DNA from: Neptunomonas sp.
Lineage (GTDB): Bacteria > Pseudomonadota > Gammaproteobacteria > Pseudomonadales > Balneatricaceae
Length of the DNA stretch: 64,000 nucleotides
NCBI GenBank assembly: GCA_048267385.1
Contig: JBLWXO010000012.1
Span: forward strand, 44,283-108,282
Direction: 5' to 3'
Part shown: positions 58,323 to 64,000 of the stretch, one piece after another
Layout: each line of letters begins with the position of its first letter
Numbering within the stretch: position 1 is the first letter of the stretch
Program-made: the position numbers and the translations under genes
Notes under the pieces: model-generated
The model's input: only the letters and a program-made list of their open reading frames with translations
What the model was told of the DNA's origin: nothing
Database searches by the model: none

Positions 58323-58742
58323 TTAATGATTTCTCGTACACACCCTTCTAATCCGCTCAGCCGGCACTCGTAATTGTGTGATCAAATACACTTTAAACGC
58401 ATCTTCATACGGCTGAGTTTCGAGGGCTTTTTGCATACAATATAGCCATGCTTCGCTCTCTGCCTCGCCTACCGGTAAGTGCTGATGAGCTGCAGGAATG
58501 CTCAAGCCGCCAAAGGTAGCGGCATAAATCCTTGGGCCGCCTAACCAGCCGGATAAAAAGTAGGCGAGCTTTGTGCGTGATTCAGTTAAATCTGCCGGGT
58601 GCATATCCCGGATGATTTTTGCTTCTGGAAATACACTCATGTTGTCGTAAAAATCGTCGACAAGGCGGGTAATGCCTGCCAATTCGCCTGCTGCTTTATA
58701 GGAGTTGTCGCCTACTCCGTATTCACCATGGTTAGTACTCAT
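58323..58742 (-). CDS. Group II truncated hemoglobin
   Basis: LVDDFY, FLSGWLGGP, AHQHL and WLYCM motifs. Confidence 0.88.
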   Translation of the reverse strand: MSTNHGEYGVGDNSYKAAGELAGITRLVDDFYDNMSVFPEAKIIRDMHPADLTESRTKLAYFLSGWLGGPRIYAATFGGLSIPAAHQHLPVGEAESEAWLYCMQKALETQPYEDAFKVYLITQLRVPAERIRRVCTRNH

Positions 58743-58838
58743 AAATATTACTCTGATCCGTTTTGATATCTGGCGTGGCTAGATTTGTCGCTATGATATC
58801 TAGCGGCGGTTCTTTGCGCTACTTATGAACTTTTTCCA

Positions 58839-59618
58839 TTAAGAACATTTGCTATCGCCGCAACTCAGACAGGTGTAACAGCCATCCATCAGTATCGCGG
58901 CTTTGGTGTGGCATTTGTTACACAGTTGGGCGTTTTCAGGAAAACCGCCGTTATCATCATTGACGCTTTTATCAATGTTGCTGATAGCGGCTGTGTTCTG
59001 TGTTGCTGTACGCCGGTCATATTCGGCTCTTTTCTCATCGAGAATTTGCTGTTGATGCGGGTCTATTGATGCATCTTTTATCAGACCGATCATTTTAAGG
59101 TGGTTTTCAATCGATTCTCCAATTTCGGCCACCAGCGAAGGCATAAATTTTCCGCCTTTCTTAAAGTAGCCACCTTTAGGGTCGAACACGGCTTTTAGCT
59201 CTTCCACCATAAATGTCACATCACCGCCTTTACGGAACACGGCAGAGATAACACGCGTGAGCGCTACCACCCACATGAAGTGGTCCATGTTTTTTGAGTT
59301 GATGAATATCTCGTACGGGTGACGCTGTTCATGCTCTGTGTCTTGATTCAAGACAATATCGTTGATGGTGATATAAAGTGCATGTTCCGACATCGGCGTT
59401 TTTATCTTGTAGGTTGAGCCCATCAGAAAGTCTGGTCGGCTGAGATTCTCATGAACGGTTTCAAGGCTGGGTTCTGGCTGTTTCTCAGCGTCTGACGCCT
59501 GGCTGGCCAAGATGGCCTGATCTTTGACTTCTTGTGCAGTGATCACTTTGTAACCGATAATCGGTTGATCAATAGTGACTATTTTTTTCTGTTCTGTTGA
59601 CGATTCGATTGATGACAT
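58839..59618 (-). CDS. nrdJb: Class II ribonucleotide reductase C-terminal subunit (NrdJb, TSCPD domain)
   Basis: RPDFLMGSTYKIKTP, LTRVISAVFRKGGD and C-terminal CNKC...C..CGDSKCS. Confidence 0.88.
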   Translation of the reverse strand: MSSIESSTEQKKIVTIDQPIIGYKVITAQEVKDQAILASQASDAEKQPEPSLETVHENLSRPDFLMGSTYKIKTPMSEHALYITINDIVLNQDTEHEQRHPYEIFINSKNMDHFMWVVALTRVISAVFRKGGDVTFMVEELKAVFDPKGGYFKKGGKFMPSLVAEIGESIENHLKMIGLIKDASIDPHQQQILDEKRAEYDRRTATQNTAAISNIDKSVNDDNGGFPENAQLCNKCHTKAAILMDGCYTCLSCGDSKCS

Positions 59619-59689
59619 AACAGTTATTCTCTTTCAATATTCCGGTTGATAAAGCCAGCTTAATATCTTGATAAATAAGATATTTTTTA

Positions 59690-61843
59690 TTAAAACTTGC
59701 CGTAGTATCCTTCTTTTAGTGCATCAAATAAATTGGCAGCTGTGTGTCGTTCACCGTCATATTCAACCTCTTCACTGCCTTTTAGCTCAACCACACTGCC
59801 ATCGGCCAAGGTAAATTGATAAAGGGTATTTTCAAGATCCTGCTCTTTTACCAATACGCCCTGAAAAGCTTCTGGGTTAAAGCGGAATGTAGTACAACCT
59901 TTTAGCCCGCTTTCATACGCATAGCGATAAATGTCTTTGAACTGCTCATAGGGATAGTCCGTCGGTACATTGGCTGTTTTTGAAATGGATGAGTCGATCC
60001 ACTTTTGCGCAGCGGCTTGTATATCAACATGTTGTTTTGGATGAATATCATCAGCGCAGATAAAGTAGTCAGGCAACTGCTTAGCAGGATCATCGCTATA
60101 GGGCATCGCTTCTGCATTGATAAAATGGCGATACGCCAGAAGCTCATAGGAAAACACATCGACTTTTTCTTTAGACTTTTTTCCCTGACGAATAATATTG
60201 CGGGAGTAATGATGGGCAAAGCTTGGCTCGATACCATTGCTGGCATTATTACCTATCGACAGCGCAATCGTACCTGTCGGCGCGATGGAGCTATGATGTG
60301 TAAAGCGACAGCCTTGTTCGGCTAGCTGATTGATTAGCTCTGGTTCAATTTTAGCCATTTTTTGCATATAACGACTGTAACGCGCATGCAGCACTTTACC
60401 GGCCACTGAATCCCCTACGTTATAACCATCTTCAAGCATCTCGGGGCGTTTACGTAACATCTCAGCTGTCACCGTAAATCGCTCTTCCATAACGGGCGCC
60501 GCGCCCTTCTCTTTTGCAAGCTCAAGCCCTGCCCGCCAACCAGTGATGGCGAGTTCTTTAGTGACCCGTTCTGTAAAGCTTACGGAAGCAGTATCACCAT
60601 ATTTCATTTTCATCATAGTGATGGTGGAGCCCAACCCTAGATAACCCATACCGTGGCGGCGTTTATGATTGATTTCATGACGCTGCTCTTCTAACGGCAG
60701 CCCATTGATCTCAACAACGTTATCCAGCATGCGGGTAAAGATAGTTACGGTTGTTTTAAAACTATCCCAATCAAAGCATGCCTGATCGGTAAAGGGAGCT
60801 ATTACAAACTTGGTGAGATTTATCGAGCCAAGCAAACAGCTGCCGTAAGGCGGTAATGGTTGTTCGCCACAAGGATTAGTGGCTCGGATATTTTCACAAA
60901 ACCAATTATTGTTCTGTTCGTTTACCTTATCGATCAGAATAAAGCCTGGTTCTGCAAAATCATACGTGGAACTCATAATCGCGTTCCAGAGGTGGGTTGC
61001 TTTCACCGTTTTACTTATTTTGCAGGCAACCAGTCCCTCTGCATTAGCGATATAGCCCTGTTGAATCGGCCATTCACGCCAGAGTACCTGAGCAGCGTCA
61101 CTAAGATCAATCGCATCTCGTTGCTGTTCTTGCTCTGTCAGAGGAAATGCCAACGGCCAATCTTTATCCTCTGTTACTGCATGCATAAACTGATCCGTTA
61201 TCAGCAAGGAGAGATTGAACTGTCGCAGGCGGGCATCCTCTCGTTTTGCTTTGATAAATTCGAGCACATCGGGATGCCCTACATCAAAAGTCGCCATCTG
61301 TGCGCCACGTCGCCCTCCGGCGGATGAGACGGTAAAACACATACGATCAAAGATATCCATAAAGGATAATGGCCCTGAGGTATACGCACCTGCGCCAGAG
61401 ACAAACGCATTTTTAGGACGCAAGGTAGAGAACTCGTAACCAATTCCACAGCCTGCTTTTAACGTAAGCCCTGCTTCATGGTTTTTGCCGAGGATATCAT
61501 CCATAGAATCATAGACAGTACCCGACACGGTACAGTTAATCGTAGAGGTCGCCGGTTTATGCTGTTGTGCTCCGGCATTTGAAATAACCCGCCCAGCTGG
61601 AATCGCTCCCTGTCGTAGCGCCCATAGAAATTGCTTATACCAATGTAATTGAGCTTCTTCATCGATTTCGACTGCCGCCAACGCTTTAGCAACGCGTATG
61701 AAGGAATCATCGATTGAGTTATCCAGCATCTCGCCCTGCTTAGACTTTAGACGGTATTTGCTATCCCATATATCCAGAGACGTTTCTTGCAATATTATTT
61801 CAGCTGTATTTACTTCTGTGATTCTCTCTAACGTGGCGACCAT
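59690..61843 (-). CDS. nrdJa: Adenosylcobalamin-dependent ribonucleotide reductase (NrdJa)
   Basis: TINCTV, RRGAQM, TNPCGEQPL, CLLGSINL, IAPTGT, DSSISKT and KGCTTFR motifs. Confidence 0.93.
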   Translation of the reverse strand: MVATLERITEVNTAEIILQETSLDIWDSKYRLKSKQGEMLDNSIDDSFIRVAKALAAVEIDEEAQLHWYKQFLWALRQGAIPAGRVISNAGAQQHKPATSTINCTVSGTVYDSMDDILGKNHEAGLTLKAGCGIGYEFSTLRPKNAFVSGAGAYTSGPLSFMDIFDRMCFTVSSAGGRRGAQMATFDVGHPDVLEFIKAKREDARLRQFNLSLLITDQFMHAVTEDKDWPLAFPLTEQEQQRDAIDLSDAAQVLWREWPIQQGYIANAEGLVACKISKTVKATHLWNAIMSSTYDFAEPGFILIDKVNEQNNNWFCENIRATNPCGEQPLPPYGSCLLGSINLTKFVIAPFTDQACFDWDSFKTTVTIFTRMLDNVVEINGLPLEEQRHEINHKRRHGMGYLGLGSTITMMKMKYGDTASVSFTERVTKELAITGWRAGLELAKEKGAAPVMEERFTVTAEMLRKRPEMLEDGYNVGDSVAGKVLHARYSRYMQKMAKIEPELINQLAEQGCRFTHHSSIAPTGTIALSIGNNASNGIEPSFAHHYSRNIIRQGKKSKEKVDVFSYELLAYRHFINAEAMPYSDDPAKQLPDYFICADDIHPKQHVDIQAAAQKWIDSSISKTANVPTDYPYEQFKDIYRYAYESGLKGCTTFRFNPEAFQGVLVKEQDLENTLYQFTLADGSVVELKGSEEVEYDGERHTAANLFDALKEGYYGKF
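60527..60534 (-). other. KOPS-like motif GGGCAGGG pointing toward dif
   Basis: CCCTGCCC on the plus strand, the polarity expected right of dif. The scan was not exhaustive. Confidence 0.45.
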
Positions 61844-61878
61844 GTGTTGTTCCTCGGATACATAACTCTTAGATACAA

Positions 61879-61926
61879 ATAACTACATATGGAATTAATT
61901 ATCATATTAAATACCATATATAGTGT
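61879..61926. promoter_or_regulatory. Tandem NrdR boxes
   Basis: ATAACTACATATGGAA (61879-61894) and ATACCATATATAGTGT (61911-61926), 32 bp apart upstream of nrdJa. Confidence 0.7.
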
Positions 61927-62093
61927 TTGACATGTATCAAGAAGTGCAATTTAAACCTGTTCTCAGAGGAGTGAACGGATCAGCTTAAAGCCGCCGGTAG
62001 CAACAAATCAGATAAAAAGGTTAATCAATAGGGTTTCGTCTTGTGCCTGTAGGGTTATGATAAGCAGTTCATGGCTCTGAAAGATTTATTACT

Positions 62094-63701
62094 ATGCAAC
62101 TGCTGCAACGCCTCCACCAGATCCGGCACCAGAAACCACTCGGCATACGCTTACTGGCGTCGATTTTGCTGTATAGCTCTGCCATCACGTTAATCGCTAC
62201 CGGAACGCAATTATGGCTTGATTATCGCTACGAATTATCAGCGATTGATGAGCGCTTATTACAGATAGAGTCCAGCTCACTCAGCAGCCTGGAAAACAGC
62301 TTGTGGGAAATTAGCCCGGCACAGGTTCAGGTACAGCTGGATGGCTTGTTGCAGCTACCTGATGTGCGTTATCTGGAGATCAACTCACCCTTTAATGACT
62401 TTTATGTTGCCGGAAACAAACCAACGACGGATAACATTGTAGAGCGCTATTATACGTTAGAGCATCATGACAAAATCCGAGGCAGCATCCCTGTAGGCGA
62501 ACTTACTTTGATTCTTAGTCTGGATGAGGTTTATCGCCGGTTAGGTGACAAAGTACTGGTTATTCTGGCCTCTCAAGGCATTAAAACATTTTTGGTTTCA
62601 ATCTTCATACTCACCCTTTTTCATCGGCTCATTACTCAGCATTTGGGGAGTATGGCGGCGTATGCGCGGCGTTTGAAACTTGATCATCTGGGTACGCCGC
62701 TCGAATTAAAACGCAATGCTAAACATCAGGATGATGAGCTTAGCCAGGTTGTCGATGCAATGAACAGCATGCGCCGCTCAATGCTGCATGATATGAGCAA
62801 ACGTGAAGATGCCGAACGCTCATTAGCTAAGCTAAACACTGAACTGGAACAGCGTGTTATTGATCGCACGAAAGAACTCAAAGAGCGGAATCAGGAGCTA
62901 CACGATACTCTGGAAACGCTTAGATCTACTCAACAACAGCTGGTCGAATCTGAGAAAATGGCGGCGTTAGGCGGGCTGGTTGCCGGTGTTGCACATGAAA
63001 TAAATACGCCAATTGGCATTGGTTTTACCGCCGCCTCTTTTCTTGAGGATCAGGCCCGGTTGTATCAACAGCATAAACCGGACGATCCATTGGCCAATAC
63101 CGCCGTTGAAAGCAGCCGGTTGATCTGCCAAAACCTTGAACGTGCTGCCCAACTGATCAATGCGTTTAAGCTTGTCTCTGTTGATCAATCCAGCGAACAG
63201 TGTCGCCGTTTTGATCTGATTCAATATCTCGACGAGGTGCTTTTATCACTCAATCCACGCCTAAAACAATGCAAACCTGAGATCATTATCAACGGACCTA
63301 AGCACCTTATGATTGAGAGTTACCCGGGTTGTTATTATCAAGTATTAACCAACATGATTCTTAACTCGTTGATTCATGGCTTTGAAGACCGTCCTGGTGG
63401 GATCATTACCATTGATATTAACCAGCACGATGATCGATTGATTATCGACTACCGGGATAATGGAGAGGGTATTCCAGAGAATTGGTTGCGCAAAGTATTT
63501 GAGCCCTTTATGACGACAAAACGCAATGAAGGCTGTAGTGGTTTAGGGATGCATATTGCATTTAATATTGTTAACCAATTACTGCAAGGCCATATTTATT
63601 GCTTAGCAAATACGCAAGGAGGACACTTCAGGCTGGACCTGCCATTAGTGCTAAGAAAAGATATTTCTAAAGATCTACCAACAGCACTTCTCAGTAATTA
63701 A
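62094..63701 (+). CDS. Membrane sensor histidine kinase (HAMP-HisKA-HATPase)
   Basis: Two TM segments, DDELSQV HAMP, GVAHEINTP, NSLIHGF, DNGEG, F..FMTTK and GLGMHI. Confidence 0.92.
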   Translation: MQLLQRLHQIRHQKPLGIRLLASILLYSSAITLIATGTQLWLDYRYELSAIDERLLQIESSSLSSLENSLWEISPAQVQVQLDGLLQLPDVRYLEINSPFNDFYVAGNKPTTDNIVERYYTLEHHDKIRGSIPVGELTLILSLDEVYRRLGDKVLVILASQGIKTFLVSIFILTLFHRLITQHLGSMAAYARRLKLDHLGTPLELKRNAKHQDDELSQVVDAMNSMRRSMLHDMSKREDAERSLAKLNTELEQRVIDRTKELKERNQELHDTLETLRSTQQQLVESEKMAALGGLVAGVAHEINTPIGIGFTAASFLEDQARLYQQHKPDDPLANTAVESSRLICQNLERAAQLINAFKLVSVDQSSEQCRRFDLIQYLDEVLLSLNPRLKQCKPEIIINGPKHLMIESYPGCYYQVLTNMILNSLIHGFEDRPGGIITIDINQHDDRLIIDYRDNGEGIPENWLRKVFEPFMTTKRNEGCSGLGMHIAFNIVNQLLQGHIYCLANTQGGHFRLDLPLVLRKDISKDLPTALLSN

Positions 63702-63730
63702 CCTCATCAATAGCGAAGAGAGAGCCTCGC

Positions 63731-64000
63731 CTATTCAGAAGGTGTTTGTAAAAGATGCTGAACCTCCCGGAAATACTTAGCAGCACCAGGGTGCAACGGC
63801 AGAGGTAAATTAGTGGCCTCCATCATCTGCTGAGGATTGAGAACACGAAAAGCAGGATGCAGTTTTCTAAAGCTGTCAAACTGTTCAAAGAGCGATTTCA
63901 CAACCGCATAGGCAACATCCTCGGATAATTCAGCACGTGCGAATAAGGTTGCATTTACGCCGACGGTAATCACATCGGAAAGATCCGGCGAGTAAAAATC
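63731..64000 (-). CDS. Second TAXI-family TRAP receptor, C-terminal part (5' end lies outside the window)
   Basis: TVGVNATL, FDSFRKLHPAF and PLHPGAAKYF motifs. Confidence 0.85.
   Translation of the reverse strand, partial: DFYSPDLSDVITVGVNATLFARAELSEDVAYAVVKSLFEQFDSFRKLHPAFRVLNPQQMMEATNLPLPLHPGAAKYFREVQHLLQTPSE

Overview
A 64-kb chromosomal segment of a marine gammaproteobacterium (Oceanospirillales-like by gene content; inference) that spans the replication terminus. A dif site at 17549-17576 (25/28 identical to E. coli dif) sits where gene-strand bias flips: about 11/15 genes are on + to its left and about 28/38 on - to its right. Around dif lie a decayed type I restriction (hsdR) relic, a symmetric GTAC-rich repeat array and a non-XerC/D tyrosine recombinase with a perfect 11-6-11 palindrome directly upstream. 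A KfrA/TnpT-like gene lies 14 kb away; joining the two upstream regions would recreate a divergent TnpS/TnpT-type module. The rest is housekeeping and accessory genes: sbcC, gap, mgtE, a helD-like helicase, rnr, acr3, NAD-GDH with a TAXI-TRAP system, frmAB, alkB, umuDC with an SOS box, a U32 protein, a frameshifted rimK cluster and split nrdJ with NrdR boxes. The best candidates for undescribed systems are (1) the dif-linked recombinase/KfrA module, (2) a two-gene operon pairing an 11-mer N-x-T repeat protein with an Asp/Asn beta-hydroxylase, (3) an AraC-TPR-like fusion next to a receiver-pseudokinase, and (4) a GNAT-nitrilase/RimB/RimK-RCK_C cluster. All family assignments come from motif recognition, not database searches.
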